In this document: positions 40,201 through 62,328 of the stretch, piece by piece | Numbering within the stretch: the first letter of the stretch is position 1 | Layout: each line of letters opens with the position of its first letter | Source: Paragordius varius | Taxonomy: Eukaryota > Animalia > Nematomorpha | DNA: 64,000 nucleotides | NCBI GenBank assembly: GCA_964247055.1 | Contig: OZ176054.1 | Span: forward strand, 9,114,001-9,178,000 | Direction of reading: 5' to 3' | Position numbers and translations under genes: made by a program | Notes under the pieces: generated by a model | What the model saw: only the letters and a program-made list of their open reading frames with translations | Databases searched by the model: none | What the model was told of the DNA's origin: nothing

Positions 40201-41704
40201 GATTCTTTTTTAACACTCTATTAATTTTCACTTTATTTAATCCCATTGAACTTGTAAAAACTTTATTGTTAAACATGAAAATACCATCCTAAAAACTTGT
40301 TGTTGAAATATTGTTTTTTACATAAATTGACCATATGATAATATTTAATTCGGTATCCGATTGAAATAGAAAAAAACCATAAACTATATTGCCTCATAGA
40401 GCTTAAAGATAAATTAATCCATTTTGCCTTTTTGTTTTTAGTTCAAGAAATTTTAATGTATCTATTTTAAAAAATTTTGCAATCCCCAAATTTTAACAAA
40501 ATCATAAACTATCGCGTTCATAATCAATAAGTCACAACGAATAAAATGAGTCTCGCTATATGTCAGTGGTACTCAGGCCTAGGAGCCGAATTAAGTCCTT
40601 AAATCGATTTTTTGGCCAATATTAAAATTTTGTGTGAGGTACATTAGCGGTACATATAGCCGCTGACAACACAATACTAGGTATTAGTGCGATTATGATA
40701 AAAAAAAACAAGGATCTCGTCATTTTATATAATGTGATATTTAAACATATTTATATATATATATTTTAGGTATATTATTATATTAAAAATGTTGAATAAA
40801 ATTAATTTAATGAAAAGTTAAGAACCAAAATGAAACCGGATGTAAAGAACCGGTTCCGTAACTGTTAAATTTTTCAATAGCCAACCCGGTTCCAGTTTTA
40901 ACCGTCCGGGAACCCATTTCCACTTTTTTCAACCGGTTTAAAGCCTCTATTTAGGGTTTAAAGGTTCCATTTTTCGCAGTTTCATAAGCTCCAGACACAT
41001 ACTTAAACCCATCTGAATTTAAAAGCTAAGTTAATTAAATATCTAAAAGTTACTGTCAAAATGAAATCAAATGCATTTTAATAATTTATTTTTTTGCATA
41101 ATATATTGGAGATACCGGTATTTTTAATCATTTAGCCATAAAAAAAACATGGCAAAAGTTCGAAATGAAGAAGTCTTTTTTCATTTTAAATTGCCAAGCC
41201 ATTGGATGCTTATTTTTAAATACCCAATATCATAGATATTATTTGTGTTCGTTCCAAATTTTAAAATTTTATCTGTATTATATTTTCCAACGTTAAAAAC
41301 AAGAGTTTTTTTAGGTTTTTTACGTCTCTTTTATTATTAATAGTGAGAGCTAAATTAACCGCTGAAATAGAAAAGCTAAGGGAAGTATGTTGGGTGAGCG
41401 CACTAGCAAATACTAATACATTCAATATTTAGGAATATTGTATTTATTTCAAAAAACATTGGATGCTTAATTATAATTTGTATTTATTATATTTTAGACT
41501 TATATCATATGGATTTACGGAATATGCTGGTGTCCATTAAATTTTTTGGTGTTCACTACCCATTTAATATCTGAGAATGAAAATAATACCGATATATTAG
41601 ATTTGATGTATTTGATTTTTATTTGGATAGCATATTTACCCACATGCACAAATCCATTTTTATACTATAGATGGCAACGTTGCAACAACAATTTTTTACA
41701 ATAA
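37298..41704 (+). CDS. Class A (rhodopsin-like) GPCR, peptide-receptor-like
   Basis: Exons 37298-37731, 39421-39904, 41498-41704: TM1 GLIGNVYVL, ECL1 NWLFGNFMC, TM3 ...LAIAFVRYR, TM4 W, TM5 YVLP, TM6 CWCPLN, TM7 TNPFLY. Confidence 0.9.
40830..40950. repeat. Cluster of AACCGG(TT) motifs, probable subterminal region of a hAT-like MITE
   Basis: aaccgga, aaccggtt, acccggtt, aaccgtccgg and aaccggtt within ~120 bp. Confidence 0.3.
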
Positions 41705-43028
41705 AATTTTTTTACATATGTATAGTGGCTCAAATTTTGGCCGTGTTCGTGGGAAAATATAATTGAATAAATTTGCCGATATAAATAAAAAATCAAGAAA
41801 GGTATTGTGGTTAAATGCCATAAAGCTAACCAAACGCGTTAAACAGCTGATTAAAAATGTTTTAATTAAAAAAATTATAACACAGGAATTAAAGTATTAT
41901 TATATGCTTTTAGTTTAGTTAAATTTTATAATATAATTTTTTTTCCAAGGTTTCATAAATTGGTGTGAGATTAAACCAGCTTTTTAAAATAAACAAAAGG
42001 TTATGATTTATAACATCTTATAAATAATTTTAATTAAAAAAAATAATGATAATCTATCCTTTTATTTAACAAGGAGTCCATATACCATATATATATATCC
42101 CGCTTATATGCTTTGATACAGTGACGGAACTTTAAGCCGCAATGGAAGTGTTGCGGAGTGGCTTGTACTATGAAAAGAAGACCCCCCCTTTTCATTTATA
42201 CGCGTAATTAGAGGGGGGCGCGTTAAATTGTTAACAGAAACTCTACCACTGATATCTAAAAATTATGTTGATGCCGTGATTATTAGATATCCTACCCTTA
42301 AAATATTATAAAGTTTATTTTTAGAAGTGGTTAATTGCTATGATTAGCAGTTTGTTATCGCATTTAATCGGATACAATTCCTCAGGTTATATAGTAAGTC
42401 ATAATATTTTGGTCTATTAGTTAAAACATTTAATTTTGTAGTAACTTGGTGTCATTATAATTAATGATAGCGCTGCGTCTAAAATCAGGGGGTATAAAAA
42501 ATAACCTGGTGAAATATATTTTCTGATAGCAAAATGTATCAGAATTATTATGGTAGTGTTGGTTTTGGCCCTACGAGTTTAAGAAGTTATTTACACTTTT
42601 GTGGCAAGTTCAGAAAATGACAAAATTTGAACATATTTCTTTAAATAAAGTTGTTTTTGTTAAAAAAGCTTCATTCAAATGCGTGTTCGTGGATATATTA
42701 AGGATGTTGCCACTATGATTTTTAAAGGTTACCTTTAATCTAAGGTGAAATATAAAAACATAAAACATGGTGTTCGGAAATTCACAAAAAATATTTTTAT
42801 CCTCATAAAAAACAATCTGCAATCTCTATTGGATTAAATAAAATCACAATTTATTTTAACGCAATAAAATTAAAGCTGAAATTTCATTGTAAAAAAACCT
42901 TTTAAACCACTTAAAAAGTCCAAAGGGTTATTCTTTTAAATTTCATATAAAATGCAGTTTTACAAAATCGACAATATAATGATGGGGATATAATAAATAT
43001 TGAGTGGGTGACGACGATGGGTTTTTAA

Positions 43029-43720
43029 ATAAGATTCGTGTTAACGTCGTGAATAATGAAAGAAAATAAAAATAAATTTATTATAGACTCAAATTTTCGC
43101 TCAATGGCATCATCAGGAGTTGTTAAAAGAAAAAAAATATAAAATAAAATTAAATGTGAGACAATACAAACATATAAATTAATACAATAGACAAAGGAAA
43201 GTAACATAAAAGAAACCGTTATTATCTTGAGCGAATGTGCAATATTTTTTTATAAGAACATAAATATATCTACATTACCAGACAAATAAACAGAAATTAT
43301 AAAAAATTTAAGTAATATCAATGCTGTATAAAGTTTTTGGATTAAAAATATTATGGTTTTTTATGAAAATTTTGGTTCGAGGGTGAATTTCTCTTTTCTC
43401 TCTCGCCTATTTAGAAGGTCATGTTCTGAGCTCTGTATGTATAGGGCTTCCTTTGTCAGTCTAGACTTGAGTTTATTCTCGATTCCCAAGATATCTAATG
43501 TTGTAGAATAATGATCATTGTCAAAGCAATGTAAGAACATTGCTGAATTCTTGCATCTTAAGTGTTCTTTGTACCTCAATTTTATGTCGCGTTTAGCTGA
43601 CCTATATATTGGCAGGACAGTCACAACAATTCAATCTGTATATTGTTTTTTCAAGCTCGGCATCGCGAGTTCTCAATATAGTGAGAACGTTCGCAGTAGA
43701 TTTGTAGTAAACCTTTAAAT
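43029..43720 (-). mobile_element. 5'-truncated Penelope-like element: GIY-YIG endonuclease C-terminal region plus 3' UTR/pLTR
   Basis: With one frameshift reads TIYRLNCCDCPANIYIGQ(T)KRDIKLRYKEHLRCKNSAMFLHC...ILGIENKLKSRLTKEALYI...DLLNR, the GIY-YIG layout of Penelope-like elements; the downstream region carries a hammerhead motif. Confidence 0.85.
43087..43120 (-). ncRNA. Minimal type I hammerhead ribozyme motif (Penelope-associated)
   Basis: Minus strand: ACUC CUGAUGA U GCC AUUG AGC GAAA AU U U GAGU. Stem I ACUC/GAGU, conserved CUGAUGA and GAAA, palindromic AAUU stem III, U at position 17; one stem II mismatch (the sister copy has GGC). Confidence 0.7.
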
Positions 43721-43753
43721 TATTTTTCCTTTTTAAAATTTTGCCTAGGCTGG

Positions 43754-44318
43754 AATTGAGGTACAAAGAACACTTAAGATGCAAGAATTCAGCAATGTTC
43801 TTACATTGCTTTGACAATGATCACCGTTGTTCTACATAATAGATATCTTGGGAATCGAGAAGAAAATCAAGTCTAGACTGACCAAGGAAGCCTTATACAT
43901 ACAGAGCTCAGAACATGACCTTCTAAATAGGCGAGAAGAGAAAAGAGAAATTCACCCTCAAACCAAAATTTTCATAAGCCATAATATTTTTATTCCAAAA
44001 ACTTTATACAGCATAGATATTACTTAAATTTTTTATTAATTTCTGTTTATTTGTCTGGTAATGTAGATATATTTATGTTCTTATAAAAAAATATTGCACA
44101 TGCGCTCAAGATAATAACGGTTTCTTTTATGTTACTTTCCTTTGTCTATTGTATTAATATATAAGTATTGTTTGTCTCACATTTAATTTCATTTTATATT
44201 TTTTTCTTTGTTGTACTTTATTTTAAGTTTTAAAAACTCCTGATTGGGCGAAAATTTGAATCTATAATAAATTTATTTTATTTTCTTTCATTATTCACGA
44301 CGTTAACACGAAACTTAT
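43754..44318 (+). mobile_element. Inverted sister copy of the Penelope-like fragment
   Basis: Reverse-complement match to 43029-43581; hammerhead core partly deleted (ctcctg-attgggcgaaaatttgaatc, ~44237-44263). Confidence 0.85.
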
Positions 44319-44459
44319 AATAAATATATTTTGACAATAATAAAATTTTTTTATATATATTCTTATTATTCCTTTTCGTAATACCATACATCATAAACTT
44401 TTTATATATTTATTCAAATTATATTATAAACAATAAACAAAAAAAATCATATATCCAAC

Positions 44460-54009
<9,550 letters not shown>

Positions 54010-54629
54010 ATCAACGTTTATTATGGACTTTCAATAGCAAAAATATTTTGTGCCGCTTTATAAGAGGTTAACAATGACAGTAACACGGGGGTTTTATCTA
54101 TTGCCAAGTTATGAAGATGATACTGATCAAATATGGTGGTTTGATAATCTAAAGTAATTCACATGTTATGAAAGAAAATTGGTGGTTATCTATATTGTTT
54201 AGATCTGTTCGATTTGGGGTTATTGACCCAGACTCCTTTACAACAATTTTATTTCTGGGTGTATTAAACTATAACTTAACATTCGATTCAAATTGGGGTC
54301 ATTAAATACCCCAGACTATATTTGATATTTTTAACTACTGAAAGAAACGAGGTGTCAATTTAAATTTATACTTTATCTTAATAAAAATTATATAAATACG
54401 AAACTAAATAAAATTAAATTTTAAAAAAAAGCTCCATATCAATCTAATTGGAGGCCTTTTTTGTAATAATGTTTATTAAATATCGGGTTTATTTGATTTT
54501 GAGCTAAAATCAAAGCTAATTTTATATTTAAATATCATTTAATATTGATTGAAATAGATGATATGGTTAATTTTGTATTAATTTTAAATCTTGCTGCACA
54601 CATGCTGACTAGTTTTACTTTTGGGGTTT

Positions 54630-54900
54630 AATATTGGATGCAACACATTTATTTCAGTCCTTTGATTCAAATTGGGGTAATTGGATACTCCAGCACTGTT
54701 CAAAATTAAATAAGTCAAAAAATATAGAAGATATTGAAACCATGGCAAAAATATGCACATTTATAACAATAATAAACCGAAAAAAATAAAAAATTTATTC
54801 AAAAATATTTGATATTACTTATTTCAAGCAAAAACCGAAAGTTAAAAATTTAGTCAACGTGACATGTGTGAAATGGTGAAATTAAAAATTAATACAAAAT
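54630..54900. mobile_element. piggyBac-like MITE fragment (same family as 6773 and 59180)
   Basis: aacacatttatttcagtcctttgattcaaattgggg...aaaccatggcaaaa...aaaaatttagtcaa shared with the other copies. Confidence 0.5.
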
Positions 54901-55455
54901 AAACCGTTTTTTCTAGTTCTCTCAATGTTAGAAAATAAGTAATTTCAATTATTTTTATAATTTTTATTTGTATTTTGGTTCATTAATGTTATATAAAAGC
55001 AAACTCCATGGTTTTTATTCCTTACTGTTGTTTACAATAATCGAAAACGCTATAACAAAATTTCTCTCGAAATGTAAATTATATTCATATGCATTTTAAA
55101 AAAATAACCTATTTTTTTGTCATGTCTGGCATCTTTAAAAGTTTAAATCTCAAATAGGCTTTTATTTTATGATACTAGCCCATTTTTAGAGTTCGATAAT
55201 TTCAGTAAGCCCACGTTAAATTTAATTTAAATATTTGTTTAAATTTATATATTTTAATAATATTTTTGAAGCATTCGTCCTTAGCGGTTTTCAATAAACA
55301 GTTATAAAAAATTATAAACAAAAATTAAATATTTTGTATCAACTCCCCTTTTCGTGTACAATATTAGATTTACTCTTTAATATTAAATGTAATCAAAGGT
55401 TATAGGTAAAAATTTACCATATAATATTAATTTTGACAGATGTCAACATTTTTAT

Positions 55456-56246
55456 ATGAAACTTTTTCGTTTATTATCTCGGCCCCATATGAAACTTGAT
55501 TTAAAAAATATTGATCCTGTTCAAAAAATTTACTTAAAGGAAAAATGTATATTGGTTAATGAAAATGATGAGGTCTTAGGCAGCGATTCCAAGGAAAATT
55601 GTCATTTGGTCAAAAACATAAAGAATGGATTGTTACATAGGGCATTTAGTGTTTTTTTGTTCAATTCACGCAATCAATTGTTGATGCAGGAAAGATCGCA
55701 AGATAAAATAACATTTCCCAGTTTTAATAATATTTTATTTAAGATTTTTTAACAAACACGTGTTGTAGTCATCCGCTTTTTTGCCAAGAGGAAATGACTG
55801 AAGATGTTATTTGTGGCCTTAAAAATGCCGCAATACGGAAACTTGATCATGAATTGGGGATTTCTCCGAATAAAGTATATTAAAATTGTATAAAAATATG
55901 CTTTTTAAAAATTATATCATATTATTTATAATAGGTTAATTCGAACGATTTGAAATATGTTGCCAGATTCCATTATACAGCTTTATCTGATGACGTATGG
56001 GGAGAAAACGAAATAGATTATGTTTTTATCATTAAAAAAGATGTTGAAATAAATCCAAATCCCGAGGAAATTAAAACAGCCAAATATTATGAAGAAAGTG
56101 AAATCAAATCTTTACTAAACGATGCATCAGACAAACTAATATCCCCATGGTTTCAAATAATTGCCAAAAACTTTTTGTTTGATTGGTGGAAAAATATTGA
56201 TAATATCACTCATGATCAAGAATTGGGCCCGATCCATAGGTTATAG
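55456..56246 (+). CDS. IDI1: Isopentenyl-diphosphate delta-isomerase type 1
   Basis: [28 protein letters not shown]...[20 protein letters not shown] (catalytic Cys), [16 protein letters not shown] (catalytic Glu), ISPWF; introns of 23 nt and ~60 nt. Confidence 0.96.
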
Positions 56247-56612
56247 ACACTTACTGTATATATTCACGAAATCTTAATCACGCACATATTTGTTCATTAT
56301 ATATATTTATTCAATTCACAATTTTTTACACTATTGGCCCTTCACCCATTATTTTGATACCCCCCATTATATTAAAAATAAATAAGAAAATGCAAATTCT
56401 TGCAAAAATTATTCCTGCATACGGATCATTCTTTTGTAATTCTAAAATAAAATTATAGATGGACACTTATTATAACAATAATGATAAATAAAAAAGCCTG
56501 ACTAATATATAATTGGACTATGATATTGAGATTTTATACATTTAAACAATAATTTGACAATTTTATCTTTGGCTATGATATTACGTTTTAAATATATATA
56601 AATATATCTATC

Positions 56613-56639
56613 TATATATATATATATATATATATATAT
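56613..56639. repeat. (TA)n microsatellite
   Basis: Perfect TA run next to the cytochrome b561 stop codon. Confidence 0.9.
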
Positions 56640-56647
56640 GCATCAAA

Positions 56648-58215
56648 TTATTCGGAATCATCTGAGTTACTCAACTGTAAAGTTGTCATCTCTTCGGGTT
56701 TTGGTTGACGTTTGAATCCTTCCTTTACCAACATAAATGGCACCAAAACGCCCAAAGAACACAAAATAATGCCCAAAACATTTAGCAATATTGCCTCAGG
56801 GGGCTTGCCGGAATAACCCGGTTTAGGGCTAAAGAGTTAAAATAGATCGTGACCATTATATAGAGTATAAATAATAAATACAATCATATTTTTTAAAGAG
56901 CACGCGCACAAAAATAATCTACCTCAAGGTGTCCAACACACATCGTAGCAAAAATATTTATCAAACAATTTTCCCTAAATAAGTTTACACAATCGGCAAC
57001 GAGTTAAAAATTGCCATTCATTATATTGTGTTAACATTTTACGGTTTCTTATGTTTAAATTTAAACAAATATATATTAATGCTCATGTATTTTTCAAATG
57101 GAACCGGAAGAGCAATTTATGTTGGACGTCCATGGTCTTCTTTACTGTTGAAGTATAAAAGAGGTGTAAATATATTGTTGCTCGGTATAAATGTACAAAC
57201 TGTGTTTGTGCGAAAAAATCTGCTTAAAGAGCTTCGTCTATTACAACCCAAAAACTGAAAATTATTTTGATGGCAAATAATTTAATACTTATAAAATAAT
57301 TTTATTTTAACCAAATTTCGCCAGTAATAATCTTTAATTAAGTTATCGATTAATCAAAATAAATGTAAAAAATTGATACTATATTACTTTATAGTTAAAC
57401 TGCTTACGCCAAAAAATATATAAATCCATTTCACTAAAAAAATGATAATCACATAAAATGTGCGCGCGCAAAAAAATTGTGAGCGTATTTCATAAATACC
57501 ATATAGTAATTATCTCTTACATGGAAAAAATAGCGATTTCGGTAATGCCCATAAGACAAGATGCGATAGACATTACATACATTACGGCTCCAAAGTACAC
57601 ATGAAAAGGTAAATAGATTTGCCTGTACTTCATCGGAGTAGACGGTAAAAGAAATGATATTGATCCAATTAATACCTTTATCATTTTAACAAAATAGACA
57701 ATAAAGGTTAATTTATGCATAAAATATTATTACATCTATTTACAGGTAAAAAAATAAATATTAACTTGCAATCCAAACAAAATAGTGGTAATAAGTCCAA
57801 TCCATGAATGTAACGAATACATATTAGCAAAAGGTGGATTTCTTAAATTATGGCTATCAAAAACAGCTTTTAAGCCAACTCCTGCAAAAACAAGACCTAT
57901 AAGGTTAAAAAGACTATGAATCAATTTTAGTCGAAATTTCGGCATGTCCTTAAAAGATCTATAGGTTAATGCAGCTAAAAATAAAGTAATTATTACCTTG
58001 CATGTTAAAAAAGACGAACCCAATAATCATAAAAAGTGGATGATAATTAAACTCTTTCTCTGGATCATTTTGCCAGGCCAAACCATTTTTGAATTTGGTA
58101 ATCCAAACTGCAGTTAGTATAATACATAATATTGTTAAAATCTATTTTATAATAGTCATTATACCTGTATCAAGACATAAAATTTGTTAAAAAGTTTTGT
58201 ATTATTCACATACAT
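56648..58215 (-). CDS. Cytochrome b561 family transmembrane ascorbate-dependent reductase
   Basis: FNYHPLFMIIG, KLIHSLFNLIG, AVFDSHN, NMYSLHSWIG, YLPFHVYFG, SCLMGITE, last exon ...EAILLNVLG...FKRQPKPEE; start MYVNN at 58215 is inferred. Confidence 0.9.
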
Positions 58216-59179
58216 TTTACATATGGTAAATGATTAACTGATATTGCATATGATGTTACAGCTTCAGATCTTTGTGTAAAATGTATAATAAATCATTTAG
58301 TTAAACTAAACTAGAATATATATAGAGTATTAAATCTATTAATTAGTATAAATATATAGGACATAGTCGATAGTATATATTCCAACTCTAAATGTCAAAT
58401 ATATTTTATTTTTATTTCATACATGTCTATATAAACTTATCATTATATTCCTAGAAGTCAACCCGACCCCCGACGCAACTAGACGGCTGTCACTGAACCA
58501 CCATTGACTGGTGTATGAAAGGACAGCAAGGGACGTCTTTTGTGGATAGTGGCGACGTGGGTCTGCTACACCCTTTTCTTGATACACCTTGATACATCGT
58601 TTTTGGTGGGGGTTTTGTTGGTAACTTACAAATCATATAAGAAAATTGATTTTGTAGTAATTGCCTTCGTATCAAAAAGACTCAAAATTATCAGTGCATA
58701 ATATTCATTTTTTTTCGCAATTGATAAATACCTCCTGAAAAATATCAAAAACAATAAAAAATGTATATGGCTTCTCAATTAAAAATATCCTCCATCTGAC
58801 CCTTAATAATGATTTTTTTAAATAGTCATTTGTGATTACAAATTTTATTTATGATAGATTATAAAATAAGTTTATTTAAGAAATTATTGAATGAGTATTA
58901 GCATGGTGGAAGCGTAGATACTTTTAGAGTATTATAAAACACCTTTTTAGGTATATTCGATGTAGCTGAAGATAATTACTTAATATTTTTAACATTGTTT
59001 CCCAATTTAAGTAAAAAAAGTTACAATATTTAAATCCAAATCATATTCACATGTCCTCAGACAATTGGGTCATTGTCAACCCTAGGCCTTAGTAACATCT
59101 CATAATGCTTGAATGCTTTTTTACACTTATATGAACTTAATGCAAATATATAAAAATTACCAAGGCTAAATTTAATGCT

Positions 59180-59723
59180 TTAACACTTGGAAACAACACA
59201 CTCATTTTAGTCCTTCGATTAAAACTGGGGTTGTATACCCCAGGCCTGTTTAAAATCAAATACTTTAAAAAGTATGGAAAAATCTAAACCATGGCAAAAT
59301 TTTGCACTTATATAAAATTAATAAACCGAAATGTATAAAAAATTTTATTCCAAAATACTTTATATTACTTTTTTTAATGTAAATCCAAATGTAAAAATTT
59401 AGTCAATGCAACATTGTGCATTGAATTGAATATTATTACAAAATAAACCTCTTTTTTTCTATCAATGTAAGACGTAATTTAAATAAAAAAATAGCTTTTA
59501 TTTTAACGTTATAATCAAATAAACACGATATTTTGTAAAAAATTTTTGACATGGAACTTTTTTAAACGAAATTTTATTTAGATATTTTTGCTTTTTTATA
59601 TAATTATATTAGAATAGAAGGATAAATTTAAATTGGGACTGTTTCCTTCAGTAGTTTTTTAGATATATTAATTTAAATTTAGTCTGGGGTATTTGGCTAC
59701 CCCAATTTCAATAGATGTGTTAA
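59180..59723. mobile_element. piggyBac-like MITE, TTAA-flanked, imperfect TIRs
   Basis: TTAA-CAC...GTG-TTAA; left part matches 6787-7000 and 54630-54900; right part gtctggggtatttggctaccccaattt is an inverted relative of the left subterminal motif. Confidence 0.6.
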
Positions 59724-60380
59724 TCTGAAGGCGAAAATTTGGACAGATTGCATTTGCTAAAATGTTGATGAAATACCCGTTTTCTTTATTTTTTCCTAAC
59801 ACTTGCTTAAATTTATTTAATAAAAGAATGACTCAAATATTAGCCGTAGATTTCAAAAAAGCGCTATATTTTTTGGCTTAAAATTAATGGCTTTAATATG
59901 TCAAATTATTCTGGCCTAAAACCACTATTTAGATGGAAGCATAATTTTAGATTTGAACCACCAGTTGATCGGTTTACCCCAATTCGTATCAAACAAATAT
60001 CTTAAAACTAAAAGCGAACGAATGTTTTAATCATAACTCTAAGATTATATCACCAATAGCATCATGCAACGCTTTTTCAAAAAGCCGCTGGATAGCAACC
60101 CGGGCACTCTATTATAATCAATAACTAATATCTAGTTAATAATGGATGTTTGTAAATATTATGGGCTACTTCCTCTTTGATAAAAATTGTCAAAAATACT
60201 AATATAATTTTTGAACGCGATAGGGGAAACTCTATCTAATTTATAGAATATGGTAAAAATAGAAATAAATTTTTATCGCATAATAACAAGTTTTTCGAAT
60301 TCGACGCCACTCCAAAAATTGAATTCCAATAATTTGCGTTTAAGTTAATGGTATATATTAATAGATATATTCTATTGTAT

Positions 60381-62289
60381 TTAATTATTTCCACCTAGCG
60401 TGCGACAAAAATGTATTTTAATTTTGGATAATAGCACAAAAATATAAATATCTTTATTTACCCTGTTAACCGCATTTATTTTCGATATTTATTATCTTTT
60501 AGCTTATAGTTATTGACCCATACCGCACAGTGTTAAATATAGCAAATATTTTGATTAAAGGTCTTTTGCAATTGCCAAAAATCTGATATGAAGAACGCGA
60601 TTGTGCGAGGCAATTACCACAGACAAATTTTTTAAGACTCAAAAGCCCATACCCATTATGAGATTTTGATTATAATTTAAAACTTTATCAGAATATTTTC
60701 ATCCATTATATCGAATTGTTACAAAAAGGCTTGATTTCGAAACACATAACTTTTCGCAGAAGCTCAATTAACATATTTTGAAACCATATGGCAACGGTAT
60801 TAAACCACCACGATATATTCGAATATTTTTCCTATTTAATTTGATGCCGCTAAATATTTTTATTATCTGAGGATTAAATTTGTGTGTGGATTGTTAAGTA
60901 AATCAGGGGTTAACATGAGGCTCTCCGTGTGCGCAAATTAAATATTTGATAAATATTAACCGAATTCTATAATTTCCGCAATTTACAAAATTTTCGAAAA
61001 AAATATATTTCCTTAACATAGAATAGTTAGTTTTCTGATTTTGCAACGAAATGGCAATAAGAAAAATAAATGGTATTTCTACTTCAAGGTCTTAAGTTTG
61101 AATCTAATAAAAATTTATTTGCCCATATATTTTTCGAATGGAGGTAGATTTAAGTCAATGGGGTTCGTGAAGCTGTATGGCTAGCTTTTCTGAAGAATTC
61201 TATCTATCATTGATACATCTTGTTAATGATTTGAAACCATGAGATAATTCGTCGACATTTTGTGGCCTGAAAGTATTAATTTGACAATTGCTTTCAGCCT
61301 ATGTGTGAATATCTGCGGTTGGGATGGTCTTTTATAATAACCCTTTTTTCATATCCATATGTTTATTGGTTTTAGGATATTAAAAATATTATTATTATAT
61401 AAATACCATTTCCAATTGATGTTCTATTTTCGAGGCTGATTTTTTGTTAGTTTCTTTTTGACATGGGCCACGTTTGCCTTTAATATAACTACCAATAAAA
61501 AATAAAGTGTCCGGGAAAGGTAATTTAACATATACCATTTTTCAGTCAAAAGCAACACTTTTTCAACCAGACGCAGCATTTCTAAGCAAACGCATAATTT
61601 TTTCATTTAAACGCAACAATTTTTCATGTATACGCAACGCTTTATCAAGTAAACGCAACAATTTTTTATCCAAACCAACATTTTTTCAGTTGTCTTAACT
61701 TAAAAAATGTTGCGTTTGGGGTAAAAATGCTGAGTTTGCATGAAAAATAATACTTTTGATTGAAAAATGGTATATAAATGAAATCGAACAAGCCAATGAT
61801 TTAAATAATATTTGTCTATCATATTCTCGATTTGTTTTATCATGCCAAAAAAGGCAATTTTTATTTCAATACATTCGATTCGATTAATCTAACAAAATTT
61901 ATAGCATATGAAATCCGGGTAGGTAATTATCAATAACAAACATGATTTAAGTATCCAAATTAAAACGATAGAATTAATATTTGTATTTTGTCTAATGATG
62001 AAAAGCGGCGAATGTATGTATTTTTTGGATATTATTTTTTTAAATGAATAATAATTAAAAAAAGAATTTGAAGCAGAAATGTGAAACCAACTATATCTTA
62101 CAAAAATTATTACTTTTAATTTAATATATTAACTTTGAAAAATTTTATACATATAATTGTATGAATAATCTTTAAATAATAATAACGCTATTGATAACAT
62201 CTTATTACATAAAATATGTCCTATTGCTAAGTTCATGGTAATAAAGCAATTTATTAAGCATTTTGCTGTAATTTATTTTGGTAAAACGA

Positions 62290-62328
<39 letters not shown>

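Noticed and set aside
57028-57258. 76-aa ORF in a cytochrome b561 intron; the minus strand has VVIDEAL, faintly like piggyBac transposase
   Set aside because: Similarity is too short and frameshifted, and neither strand gives a supportable call.
59704-59735. ctgaaggcgaaaatttgg resembling the Penelope hammerhead
   Set aside because: No stem II or stem I pairing, and it overlaps the end of a TTAA MITE.
61440-61890. MITE family 3 apparently interrupting an SNX exon
   Set aside because: A usable donor (CTT|gttcga) precedes the MITE, so it can be intronic; open frames exist under both TA and TATA models and are uninformative.
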